Origin: an uncultured Cellvibrionales bacterium
GTDB lineage: Bacteria; Pseudomonadota; Gammaproteobacteria; Pseudomonadales; GM7GCV1
NCBI GenBank assembly: GCA_913063225.1
Contig: CAJXYP010000001.1
Coordinates: forward strand, 57,308 to 121,307
Direction of reading: 5' to 3'
DNA length: 64,000 nucleotides
In this document: one piece after another, positions 44,131-53,038 of the stretch
Layout of the letters: every line of letters begins with the position of its first letter
How positions within the stretch are numbered: the first letter of the stretch is position 1
Notes under the pieces: model-generated
Database searches by the model: none
Told to the model about the DNA's origin: nothing
What the model saw: only the letters and a program-made list of their open reading frames with translations
Program-made: the position numbers and the translations under genes

Positions 44131-45179
44131 ATCAGAGTAAACGAGCGAACAAGGGAGTGAAAAAGGGCTTCAATTTAGCTCTGGCGGCGTTTTTGTTGGC
44201 GATCTTTGTCGTTATGCTGGGTTCGTTTACACGCTTGGTGGACGCCGGGCTAGGGTGCCCAGATTGGCCCGGTTGCTATGGACATCTCACCTGGCCTGAT
44301 GAGGCAGACGAAATTGTCGCTGCTAATCAGGCGTTTCCTGATACTCCCGTACTGCGCGGTAAGACTTGGCCAGAGATGGCGCATCGTTATGTCGCAGGAA
44401 CTTTAGGTTTGTTGGTTCTGGCCCTCGCGGTAATTGCTTTTCGAAATCGCAAAGACGAAGACTATCCTTTTAGACTGCCGATGATCATGTTTGTATTGAT
44501 TGTTTGGCAGGCCATGTTTGGTATGTGGACGGTGACTCTAAAATTATGGCCACAGGTGGTTACCACGCACCTGATGGGTGGTGTGGCGACTTTTACGCTC
44601 TTGGCGCTTTTGGTTTTTCGGCTAAATAATAACTGGAGAATATCCAGTCAAGCTCTGGCTTCATTGCAGCCGTTGCGACCAGCCATTTTGATTGGATTAG
44701 CCATCGTGGTGCTTCAGGTTTTCCTCGGTGGCTGGGTGGCTTCCAACTACGCCGCTGTGGCGTGCCCGGATTTTCCAACCTGCCAGTTATCCTGGATCCC
44801 GCCTATGAATTTTGCCGAAGGGTTCAATTTCACTCAGCATGTTGGCCCAAACTATCTTGGCGGCAGATTAGATGGTGAGGCGCGCACCGCTATCCATTTT
44901 GCGCATAGAGTCGGCGCACTAGTGACTACCTTCTATCTGATAGGCTTAGCTATTTTGATGTTTAAGAAAAAGCAGAAATCGATATCAGCAATGGCTACTG
45001 TTGTATTGTCGCTTCTGGTGCTCCAGATTGGGTTGGGTATTACCAACGTGATTATGTCTATTCCTTTAGCTGTTGCAGTAGCCCACAATTTTGTCGGAGC
45101 GCTTCTTGTAGCAGTTATGGCGGTAGTCTGGCTGCATAGTCATGAAAAACTCGCTATTCGCAGTGACCAAGAGCAATAG
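44127..45179 (+). CDS. ctaA: Heme A synthase (Cox15/CtaA)
   Basis: 350-aa ORF with a TTG start. It has TRLVDAGLGCPDWPGCYG and multiple TM segments with conserved His residues. Confidence 0.9.
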   Translation: MNQSKRANKGVKKGFNLALAAFLLAIFVVMLGSFTRLVDAGLGCPDWPGCYGHLTWPDEADEIVAANQAFPDTPVLRGKTWPEMAHRYVAGTLGLLVLALAVIAFRNRKDEDYPFRLPMIMFVLIVWQAMFGMWTVTLKLWPQVVTTHLMGGVATFTLLALLVFRLNNNWRISSQALASLQPLRPAILIGLAIVVLQVFLGGWVASNYAAVACPDFPTCQLSWIPPMNFAEGFNFTQHVGPNYLGGRLDGEARTAIHFAHRVGALVTTFYLIGLAILMFKKKQKSISAMATVVLSLLVLQIGLGITNVIMSIPLAVAVAHNFVGALLVAVMAVVWLHSHEKLAIRSDQEQ

Positions 45180-45194
45180 GGGCCAAAGGCAATA

Positions 45195-46112
45195 GTGGCT
45201 TCTTCTCTCGAAAATAGCGCACCGAATGTTCAGCTAAGTTGGCGGGACTATCTTGAGCTGACCAAGCCAAATGTTATTGCCTTGATGATTCTTACCTCGG
45301 TGATCGGCATGGCGCTGGCAGTGCCGGGCATGGTTCCTTTAGATATTTTGATATTGGGTAATTTCGGTATTGCCTTAGTAGGTGGCGCGGCGGCCACTAT
45401 CAACCACGTTGTTGATCGCCGGATTGATGTTCATATGGCCCGCACGCAAAACAGGCCAGTCGCCACCGGCCGGTTGAGCCCCGCTCGCGCGTTAATTTTC
45501 GCAGGATTTTTGGGAACACTTGGTACCGTTATATTGATGGTTTTCACCAATATGCTGTGCGTGATTCTTACCCTTGCGACCTTAATCGGGTATTCCATTG
45601 TTTATACCCTCTACCTAAAGCGAGCAACCCCGCAAAATATTGTTATTGGGGGCCTGGCAGGTGCAACTCCACCTCTTCTGGGTTGGGTTGCGGTAACCGG
45701 CGAAGCTAGCCCTTATGCCTTGTTATTGGTGCTTATTATTTTCGCTTGGACGCCTCCACACTTCTGGGCCCTAGCCGTTCATCGTCAAGAAGACTATGCC
45801 AAGGCAAAAATACCTATGCTGCCGGTCACACACGGTGAGCGGTATACGGTGTTGAACATATTTTTATACACCTTGCTGCTTATAGCGGTTTCTCTGCTGC
45901 CCTTTGTTTTTGGGATGTTCGACTGGATATATTTGATTGGTGCCCTTGTTCTTGGCGCTCGGTTTTTATATTGGGCTGTGGTGATGATGCGAGGCAAAGA
46001 CAATGCCTCCGGCATGAAGACCTTTAAGTATTCCATTTGGTATCTAATGATTCTCTTTGTGGTGATGCTAGCGGATCACTACATCTTGCCCGTTCCCCCT
46101 TTCGCCGGTTAA
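45195..46112 (+). CDS. cyoE: Protoheme IX farnesyltransferase (heme O synthase)
   Basis: 305-aa ORF with a GTG start and UbiA-family motifs (NHVVDRRIDVHMARTQNRP; PPHFWAL). Confidence 0.93.
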   Translation: MASSLENSAPNVQLSWRDYLELTKPNVIALMILTSVIGMALAVPGMVPLDILILGNFGIALVGGAAATINHVVDRRIDVHMARTQNRPVATGRLSPARALIFAGFLGTLGTVILMVFTNMLCVILTLATLIGYSIVYTLYLKRATPQNIVIGGLAGATPPLLGWVAVTGEASPYALLLVLIIFAWTPPHFWALAVHRQEDYAKAKIPMLPVTHGERYTVLNIFLYTLLLIAVSLLPFVFGMFDWIYLIGALVLGARFLYWAVVMMRGKDNASGMKTFKYSIWYLMILFVVMLADHYILPVPPFAG

Positions 46113-46119
46113 ATTAGCA

Positions 46120-46782
46120 ATGTACTCAAGTTCTGACCCAGAAACGCAAAAACGTATTCGTAAAACCTTCATGATTATTGGTGTGATGGTCACGGTGTTT
46201 TTGCTTCTCTTTTTCAATCGCATGAGCCAGCCTCGCGCCTTAACTAGTAACCAAATGTCGATAAATGGTCTCTCTATGTTTGAGCAGCCACGGGCCTTTG
46301 AAGACTTTAGTTTCACCGACCACAATGGCGAAGTTTTTGATCAGAGCAATTTGGACGGAAATTGGACCATGATATTCCCGGGATTTACCTTCTGCCCGGA
46401 CATCTGTCCGATAACTATGTCGGTGCTGGCAGACACCTGGGATTTGCTTGACGACAAACCCAAAGAAGACCTGCAAGTGGTGATGATGACAGTGGACCCA
46501 CACCGGGATACTCCTGAGCGGCTGGCCCAATACGTTCCCTATTTTAACGAGAACTTTATTGGCATTGCCGCGGACATTAGCAAGACGCTTTGGATAGCCC
46601 AGCAGCTCAATATTGCTATGACTGTAGTTAATCCTGAAACCGCAGGCGATTTTTATACTATTAGCCACAGCGGCAACATAATTCTGATTAATCCTCGCGG
46701 ACACTACGCGGGTTACTTTAAACCGCCCTTTGACGCGGGCCGGATCAAGCTTACTTATCAATCTGCCTGGGGGCAGTTTTAG
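46120..46782 (+). CDS. senC: SCO1/SenC copper chaperone
   Basis: 220-aa ORF with a TM anchor and a thioredoxin-fold CPDICP copper-binding motif plus a downstream His. Confidence 0.9.
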   Translation: MYSSSDPETQKRIRKTFMIIGVMVTVFLLLFFNRMSQPRALTSNQMSINGLSMFEQPRAFEDFSFTDHNGEVFDQSNLDGNWTMIFPGFTFCPDICPITMSVLADTWDLLDDKPKEDLQVVMMTVDPHRDTPERLAQYVPYFNENFIGIAADISKTLWIAQQLNIAMTVVNPETAGDFYTISHSGNIILINPRGHYAGYFKPPFDAGRIKLTYQSAWGQF

Positions 46783-46865
46783 TAGATAACAAAAGCAGTG
46801 CTTTCTCGGCAACAATTTTCCATTCTGGTTAAACTGTCTGCCATCTTTTTATCCGTTCAAAGACT

Positions 46866-49658
46866 ATGTCCGACGCCCCGCTTATTCTCGTTGACGGCTC
46901 ATCCTATTTGTACCGAGCCTTCCATGCATTGCCCCCGTTAACCACCTCAAAGGGAAAGCCTACCGGTGCGGTTCGTGGTGTGGTGGCCATGCTGAAAAAA
47001 GAACAAAAGAAATATCCCGATAGCACTATCGTGGTGGTATTTGATGCCAAGGGTAAAACCTTCCGCGACGAACTCTACGGCGAATATAAATCACATCGGC
47101 CACCAATGCCGGATGACTTGCGAGAGCAAATCGAACCCTTGCACGCCTGTGTGCAGGCTATGGGTTTCCCTATGCTGGTTCATCCGGGAGTAGAGGCAGA
47201 TGACGTTATTGGTACCTTGGCCTGTGAAGCTTCCAGTCGGGGTAAGCCGGTGCTTATATCCACGGGCGACAAGGATATGGCTCAGTTAGTTGACGATAAT
47301 GTCGGCCTAATCAATACCATGTCAGGCAGCCAATATGATGCCGCCGGTGTTGAAGAAAAATTCGGGGTGCCGCCCAAACTGATTATCGATTACCTCGCTC
47401 TTATTGGTGATAAAAGTGACAACATTCCGGGTGTGCCTGGGGTAGGTGAAAAAAGTGCAACGCCTATTCTGCAAGCCTTAGGCGGGTTAGACGATATCTA
47501 CGCCAACCTTGATGCTATTGCCGGGTTGGAATTTCGTGGCGCCAAAAAGATGGCCGAGAAGCTGGTCGAACATAAAGAATCTGCCTACCTTTCTTACACC
47601 TTGGCGACCATTAAGCTAGATGTCGATCTCGACATCGATCCTGCAGACCTAAAGAATAGTGAGCCAGATACCGCAGCACTGCGACAGCTCTATGCCGACC
47701 TTGAATTTAAAGGCTGGGTTACTGAGTTGCCTGTGCCAAGCAATGAATTTAGCTTGTCTCAGGGCAATGCCTCAGTGTCCGGTGCCGCTGCTGCGGACCC
47801 GGCGGGCGATGTTGCTCAAACTCCAATTGTGCCTTCTCTCCCTGCCATAGAGGTTGAATACGAAACGATACTTAGTGAAAGCAGTCTCGATGCTTGGGTT
47901 GCAAAATTAAAAACGGCCGAAGTCTTTGCCTTTGATACCGAGACTACGAGCCTTAACTATATGAAGGCTCGCGTAGTCGGTTTGTCCTTTGCGATTGAGC
48001 CCTATAAAGCGGCTTATGTGCCTCTGGAACATGATTATCCTGGTGCGCCGAATCAGTTAGGCGCCGAACTCGTATTTAGGAAGCTTGAACCTATTTTGAT
48101 GGACGCCAACAAAACCTTAGTGGGTCAAAACATTAAGTACGATATTAGCGTTCTGGCTCAGGCTGGAATCGAGATTGCCTGCACACTGCAGGACACTATG
48201 CTCGAATCCTATGTGCTGAATTCTGTAGCCGGACGTCACGATATGAACTCATTAGCCTTGCGTAATCTGGATCGCGAGACCATCCAGTTTGAGGATATCG
48301 CCGGCAAGGGTGCCAAGCAGATCACTTTCAATCAGATAGAGTTGGAGCAAGCTGGGCCTTACGCTGCGGAAGATGCTGATGTGACCATACAGTTGCATCA
48401 AACCCTGCATCCCCAATTGAGCGAACATCCCTCTTTGCTAAAGGTCTACAATGAAATAGAAGCTCCGTTAATTCCGGTTCTGTCGCGTATTGAACGCACC
48501 GGTGCTTATATCGACAGTAAAGCTATGCAGAAGCAGAGCGGCGAAATTGCCATTCGTCTTATTGAGCTAGAAGCAGAAGTTCATGAGCTAGCTGGGCAGC
48601 CGTTTAACTTGGCTTCACCCAAACAGCTGCAGCATATCCTCTACGAAAAAATGCAGTTACCGGTTCTGAAAAAGACCCCTAAAGGGCAACCCAGTACAGC
48701 GGAAGACGTACTACAAGACCTCGCATCAGAGCATGAATTACCCGCGCTTATTGTTCAGTACCGTGGTTTAGCCAAGTTGAAGTCTACCTATACCGATAAG
48801 CTGCCTCTAATGGTGGATGAAAAAACGGGAAGGCTACACACCTCATACCACCAAGCGGTTGCCGCAACGGGTCGGCTGTCTTCCACCGAACCCAATTTGC
48901 AAAATATTCCGATTCGAACCGAAGAAGGTCGGCGAATCCGTAAGGCATTTATCGCGGAACAGGGCAGCAAAATATTGGCGGCGGATTATTCTCAGATCGA
49001 ACTGCGCATCATGGCGCATCTATCTAAAGACGCCGTGTTGCAAAAAGCCTTTGCCGACAATCTTGATGTTCATTCCGCTACGGCGGCCGAAGTCTTTAGC
49101 GTCGAACTGGATCAGGTGACTACAGACCAGCGGCGCAGTGCCAAGGCGATCAACTTCGGGTTGATGTACGGTATGAGTGCATTTGGTCTCGCCAAGCAAT
49201 TGCATATAGGCCGTAAAGAAGCACAGCAATATATGGATCTCTATTTTGAACGATACCCCGGCGTAGCCACTTTTATGGAGCAGATTCGAGAAGACGCCCG
49301 CGACAAAGGTTTTGTCGAAACGCTATACGGCCGACGGCTTTATCTGCCCCAAATAAACGCGCGCAACGGGCAGCATCGCGCCGCCGCAGAGCGCACCGCT
49401 ATTAATGCCCCGATGCAGGGTACCGCTGCGGATATTATTAAACGAGCTATGTTATCGGTTGATGCATGGCTATTGGAGGAAGAACCTCCGGTTAAAATGA
49501 TTATGCAGGTGCACGATGAACTCGTGTTTGAGGTGCAAGAAAATTATTTGCAGACCGCGAGCAAAAAAATAATTCAACTAATGGAATCTGCTGCCGAACT
49601 GTCAGTGCCCTTAGTTGTAGAGGCTGGAAGCGGGGAAAACTGGGAAGAGGCGCATTAA
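46866..49658 (+). CDS. polA: DNA polymerase I
   Basis: 930-aa ORF with a 5'-nuclease N-terminus, 3'-5' exonuclease FDTETTSL, and polymerase motifs DYSQIELR and QVHDELVFE. Confidence 0.97.
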   Translation: MSDAPLILVDGSSYLYRAFHALPPLTTSKGKPTGAVRGVVAMLKKEQKKYPDSTIVVVFDAKGKTFRDELYGEYKSHRPPMPDDLREQIEPLHACVQAMGFPMLVHPGVEADDVIGTLACEASSRGKPVLISTGDKDMAQLVDDNVGLINTMSGSQYDAAGVEEKFGVPPKLIIDYLALIGDKSDNIPGVPGVGEKSATPILQALGGLDDIYANLDAIAGLEFRGAKKMAEKLVEHKESAYLSYTLATIKLDVDLDIDPADLKNSEPDTAALRQLYADLEFKGWVTELPVPSNEFSLSQGNASVSGAAAADPAGDVAQTPIVPSLPAIEVEYETILSESSLDAWVAKLKTAEVFAFDTETTSLNYMKARVVGLSFAIEPYKAAYVPLEHDYPGAPNQLGAELVFRKLEPILMDANKTLVGQNIKYDISVLAQAGIEIACTLQDTMLESYVLNSVAGRHDMNSLALRNLDRETIQFEDIAGKGAKQITFNQIELEQAGPYAAEDADVTIQLHQTLHPQLSEHPSLLKVYNEIEAPLIPVLSRIERTGAYIDSKAMQKQSGEIAIRLIELEAEVHELAGQPFNLASPKQLQHILYEKMQLPVLKKTPKGQPSTAEDVLQDLASEHELPALIVQYRGLAKLKSTYTDKLPLMVDEKTGRLHTSYHQAVAATGRLSSTEPNLQNIPIRTEEGRRIRKAFIAEQGSKILAADYSQIELRIMAHLSKDAVLQKAFADNLDVHSATAAEVFSVELDQVTTDQRRSAKAINFGLMYGMSAFGLAKQLHIGRKEAQQYMDLYFERYPGVATFMEQIREDARDKGFVETLYGRRLYLPQINARNGQHRAAAERTAINAPMQGTAADIIKRAMLSVDAWLLEEEPPVKMIMQVHDELVFEVQENYLQTASKKIIQLMESAAELSVPLVVEAGSGENWEEAH

Positions 49659-49720
49659 TTTAATATTTTTTAATTATCTGTGAACTATTCGCAGCTATGG
49701 ATGACTAATAGTATGTAAAA

Positions 49721-49787
49721 GTTCCCCCCTCCTTGTGTTTTACCTAGCAAGTTTGCTAAACCCCGTTTGTCCGACGGGGTTTTTTTT
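49721..49787 (+). ncRNA. sRNA-like unit A (possibly polA 3'UTR-derived): C-rich seed, small hairpin and intrinsic terminator
   Basis: The seed is GTTCCCCCCTCCTTGTGTTTTACC (49721-49744). A hairpin spans 49746-49757. The terminator stem is CCCCGT/ACGGGG (49761-49779) followed by T8 (49780-49787). The 5' end is unknown. Confidence 0.4.
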
Positions 49788-49814
49788 GAACTTTTTTAAT
49801 CGATACCGTTCTTA
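49788..49814 (+). promoter_or_regulatory. Sigma-E/AlgU-like promoter candidate (GAACTT-N16-TCTTA) in front of sRNA unit B
   Basis: GAACTT lies at 49788-49793 and TCTTA at 49810-49814, spaced 16 nt apart. Compare the ECF sigma-E/AlgU consensus GAACTT-N16/17-TCTGA. Confidence 0.3.
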
Positions 49815-49820
49815 TTAATA

Positions 49821-49917
49821 GATGGTTTGAGTTCTCCCCTTTTCTTGAACTGTTTTAACCCCCTGCGGTATATACATAAGTAACCGCCTTTATAAGCCCG
49901 CATAGCGGGCTTTTTTT
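49821..49917 (+). ncRNA. sRNA-like unit B: C/U-rich seed, internal hairpin, AU linker and intrinsic terminator (Spot 42/ErsA genomic position)
   Basis: The seed GTTCTCCCCTTTTCTTGAACTGTTTTAACC (49831-49860) is related to that of unit A. A hairpin pairs GCGGT with ACCGC (49865-49887). The terminator stem is GCCCGC/GCGGGC (49896-49910) followed by T7 (49911-49917). A second terminator 130 nt after the first implies an independent short transcript. Confidence 0.45.
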
Positions 49918-50041
49918 AGTCGATGAAATCGGCTTGCTATTTTGTCGTAGTCGTTGAAACCCTGCTCAATCAGTCGCGTACCTATGTAAGCTAACTCTTT
50001 GCGTGCGCTTTCGCGTTGGGTCTCAGGTAGCTACTTGTTCT

Positions 50042-50734
50042 TTAGTCTTGCGGGAGATTAGCCGGCGGGGCTAGGTCCAACCAGGAATTGAGTTGTGCCT
50101 TTAGTTCGTCTAGACCGGTTTTCTTTGTAGCCGAGAATAGCTGCGATGTAAGGCCGTCGGCTAGATTCATTTTTTTAAGTTCAGACAGGATGTGTAGCCG
50201 GTTACTGGATGCAGGGCCGCGCTTTAGTTTGTCGGCCTTGGTAAGTACCAGGTGAACTGGTTTTTCGCTGGCGCTTGCCCAATCGATTAGATTTAGATCA
50301 TAGGGCTGCAGGGGCAGTCTTACGTCTGCAAGAAGTACTAGCCCCCTTAAACTGGTGCGTTCTTCGAGGTATTGGGTGAGATGTTCCTGCCATTCGAGCT
50401 TAACTCTTTCCGAAACCTTGGCGTAGCCGTAACCCGGAAGATCGACGAGCCGACGATATTCGTCCAATTCAAAGAAGTTGAGAAGCTGAGTCCGGCCCGG
50501 AGTTTTACTAGTCCGTGCTAATTTTCCGTTGCGAGTCAGAGCATTTATAGCACTGGATTTACCCGCGTTTGATCTACCGATAAAGGCAACTTCTGCGCCT
50601 TCATCTGGGGGACACTGGGCTAACCCAGGTGCGCTGAGCATAAATGCAGCCCGGTCGAAAGACGGCATTGGTGGTATTGGCTTGTCGAAAGAGTTCAATG
50701 CTTCGCTCAGTTGAAGGGGGTTGGAATCGGGCAA
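50042..50734 (-). CDS. engB: Ribosome biogenesis GTP-binding protein EngB (YihA/YsxC)
   Basis: It has G1 motif [22 protein letters not shown] and TKADK. The track start (TTG 50734) may be too long, and ATG 50668 gives an E. coli-like length. Confidence 0.9.
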   Translation of the reverse strand: MPDSNPLQLSEALNSFDKPIPPMPSFDRAAFMLSAPGLAQCPPDEGAEVAFIGRSNAGKSSAINALTRNGKLARTSKTPGRTQLLNFFELDEYRRLVDLPGYGYAKVSERVKLEWQEHLTQYLEERTSLRGLVLLADVRLPLQPYDLNLIDWASASEKPVHLVLTKADKLKRGPASSNRLHILSELKKMNLADGLTSQLFSATKKTGLDELKAQLNSWLDLAPPANLPQD

Positions 50735-50768
50735 TTCTACAGTTACCGCAGGATTTGTTTAGATCCGG

Positions 50769-50797
50769 TTAACAGACCCGCATCCCTAGTATATAAT
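50769..50797 (+). promoter_or_regulatory. Near-consensus sigma-70 promoter upstream of cytochrome c4
   Basis: The elements are TTAACA (50769-50774), a 17-nt spacer and TATAAT (50792-50797). It lies about 135 nt upstream of the c4 start. Confidence 0.5.
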
Positions 50798-50932
50798 CCG
50801 CGGGCTCTGAGGGGCAGCCGAGATATGATTTATCCGGAAAGATTTTTTTGTCGGCATTAGGCCCGCTTTTAAGTCGCATTGTCTCAGCAGAGAATTACAA
50901 AGTTTTAGACACAGTTTTGGTAGCCCATTCAA

Positions 50933-51577
50933 ATGAAATTAAGTCTATATAGCCTATTTATTCTTGCCATAATGGCAGCAGCACCCCTTTGGGCGCAAAC
51001 CGGAGATGCCGAAGCCGGACAAGGCAAAGTTGCACTCTGTGCTGCTTGCCACGGGTCTGATGGAAAAGGTATTTTGCCTCTCTATCCAAACATCGGTGGG
51101 CAAGGCGAAGCCTATCTTTATAAGCAGATCTCGGAAATTAAAGCCGGTATTCGTGTTGTGCCTGAGATGGCTCCCTTCACCGCTGCCCTGAGTGATCAGG
51201 ATATGATGGATATTGCCGCATATTATTCCACGCAGCCAAGGCAGCTTGAGGGATCGCAACCATTAGAAAGTGTTCCCTTCGCGCTTAATTCAGAAGATTT
51301 TCTGGTTCTGGGCGAACTGGTTTTCCGCTCCGGTAATCTTGAAAATGGTGTTCCAGCATGTACTGGCTGCCATTCTCCTTCGGGAAAGGGTAACTTCCCC
51401 GCGGGCTACCCTGCGCTAAGTGGCCAAAAAACTGCTTACCTTGTTAAACAACTTACCGATTTCCAGAACAACATACGGACAAATGATGGCGAAACGCGAA
51501 TTATGCGTGGTGTTGTGGCGCGTATGACTGCGCTGGAAATTGAGGCCGTGGCCAACTTTATCTCCGGTCTTAACTAA
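50933..51577 (+). CDS. Diheme cytochrome c4
   Basis: 214-aa ORF with a signal peptide and two heme-binding motifs, CAACHGSDG and CTGCHSPSG. Confidence 0.92.
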   Translation: MKLSLYSLFILAIMAAAPLWAQTGDAEAGQGKVALCAACHGSDGKGILPLYPNIGGQGEAYLYKQISEIKAGIRVVPEMAPFTAALSDQDMMDIAAYYSTQPRQLEGSQPLESVPFALNSEDFLVLGELVFRSGNLENGVPACTGCHSPSGKGNFPAGYPALSGQKTAYLVKQLTDFQNNIRTNDGETRIMRGVVARMTALEIEAVANFISGLN

Positions 51578-51596
51578 AATTTACCTGAATTTTGTT

Positions 51597-51623
51597 AAAA
51601 AGGCGGCATGTGCCGCCTTTTTT
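51597..51623 (+). terminator. Intrinsic terminator after cytochrome c4
   Basis: The sequence is AAAAAGGCGGCAtgTGCCGCCTTTTTT. Confidence 0.85.
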
Positions 51624-51689
51624 GTGCCGATCTAGAGATATCATGGCGAGCAATGAATAGAACAACCTCGAATTATAAGGAGACAATAA

Positions 51690-52343
51690 ATGTCTAAGCT
51701 GTTGAAACTAACAATATTAGCTTTGCTAATACCCGCGGCCTTGAGTAATGCACAAACCACTGCTAGCAGTTTTGCATTTCAGGATGGCATTGATTTTCAA
51801 ACTTTAGCTCGACCTGTTGCGACAGAAGATCCTAGCAAAATCGAATTGGTTGAGGTTTTTTGGTACGGCTGCATTCATTGCTTCAGATTGGAACCAATGC
51901 TGAAAGAGTTCGCGGCAGCGCTGCCGGAAGATGTTAGTTTAGTGAAAGTTCCAGCAATGTGGCACGAGACTATGGAGCTTCACGCAAAGGTCTATTTTGC
52001 TTCGCAAGCCTTGGGCATTACCGACGAGATTCATGACGGTGTATTCTCCGCGATGAATGAGCAGCGCAATACGCTGGCCAATGAACAAGCTATCTTTAGC
52101 CTGGTAGAAGACCTTGGTCAGGACCAAGCAAGATTTGAGCGCGCTTTTAGTTCCTTTGGTGTTACCAGTCAGGTCACTCAGGCCAAGTCTAAAACCGCTG
52201 CTTATGGAATTCGCGGAACGCCAGAGCTTATTGTTAATGGTAAGTACAGAATATCTACCACCATGACGGGTACGCAGCAGCAAATGTTGGTTGTTGCCGA
52301 AGCGCTTATCAATCGTGAAAGGGCAATGCTGCAAGGGCAGTAG
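51690..52343 (+). CDS. dsbA: Thiol:disulfide interchange protein DsbA (soluble periplasmic paralog)
   Basis: 217-aa ORF with a Sec signal peptide (…AALSNAQ) and an active site FWYGCIHCF (CxxC). Confidence 0.88.
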   Translation: MSKLLKLTILALLIPAALSNAQTTASSFAFQDGIDFQTLARPVATEDPSKIELVEVFWYGCIHCFRLEPMLKEFAAALPEDVSLVKVPAMWHETMELHAKVYFASQALGITDEIHDGVFSAMNEQRNTLANEQAIFSLVEDLGQDQARFERAFSSFGVTSQVTQAKSKTAAYGIRGTPELIVNGKYRISTTMTGTQQQMLVVAEALINRERAMLQGQ

Positions 52344-52365
52344 TTGAAAGCAGAGGAACAAACTC

Positions 52366-53031
52366 ATGTCTTATAGAAAGTCGATTACCAAGAAGATTTC
52401 GCTATTTGCAATGATGCTGGTTTTGGCAGCTTGCAGCGCGCAGGATGATCAAGCGGCTGGCGGCGATCAATTTACCGATGGCGTAGATTATCAAACTCTC
52501 GCACGTCCAGTGGCAACTGAAGATCCCAGCAAAATCGAACTTGCGGAAGTGTTTTGGTATGGATGTATCCACTGTTATAGATTTGAACCGCTCTTAGAAG
52601 AATTTGCTGCCGATCTTCCTGAGGATGTGACTCTGGTGAAGATTCCGGTTGCATGGAATGCCACAGCAGAGCTGCACGCTAAAATCTATTTTGCAGCTGA
52701 GGCTTTGGGAATCACTGAAGATATTCATATGGATGTTTTCAGGGCGTTAAATGATCAACGAAAAGTGTTGGCCAGTGAATCCTCGGTTTTGAATTTTATT
52801 GAGGACCTCGGCCACAATCGAACGAGCTTTCAAAGAGCGTTTAATTCATTTGGCGTAAGTACCCAGGTCACGCTGGCAAAGTCTAAAACTACAGCCTACG
52901 GAGTTCGCGGAACACCGGAACTGATTGTAAACGGCAAATATAGAGTTTCCAGCTCTCTGACAGGCACCACTGACCAGATGCTGGTCGTGGCCGCCGCTCT
53001 AATCGAGCGCGAGCGAGCGGCTGCACAGTAA
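52366..53031 (+). CDS. DsbA-family thiol:disulfide oxidoreductase, lipoprotein paralog
   Basis: 221-aa ORF with a lipobox (MMLVLAAC) and active site FWYGCIHCY. By eye it is about 70% identical to the upstream paralog. Confidence 0.85.
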   Translation: MSYRKSITKKISLFAMMLVLAACSAQDDQAAGGDQFTDGVDYQTLARPVATEDPSKIELAEVFWYGCIHCYRFEPLLEEFAADLPEDVTLVKIPVAWNATAELHAKIYFAAEALGITEDIHMDVFRALNDQRKVLASESSVLNFIEDLGHNRTSFQRAFNSFGVSTQVTLAKSKTTAYGVRGTPELIVNGKYRVSSSLTGTTDQMLVVAAALIERERAAAQ

Positions 53032-53038
53032 CCAAATA

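Noticed and set aside
46240-46815. There are long antisense ORFs: 191 aa opposite senC, 149 aa at 13343-13792 opposite gyrB, 181 aa at 25812-26357 opposite rsmB/fmt, 141 aa at 43621-44046, and 142 aa at 51939-52367 opposite dsbA.
   Set aside because: Each lies entirely inside a strongly conserved gene on the other strand. None has a recognisable motif, an SD-start context or signal features. They are consistent with stop-codon-poor shadow frames of real genes.
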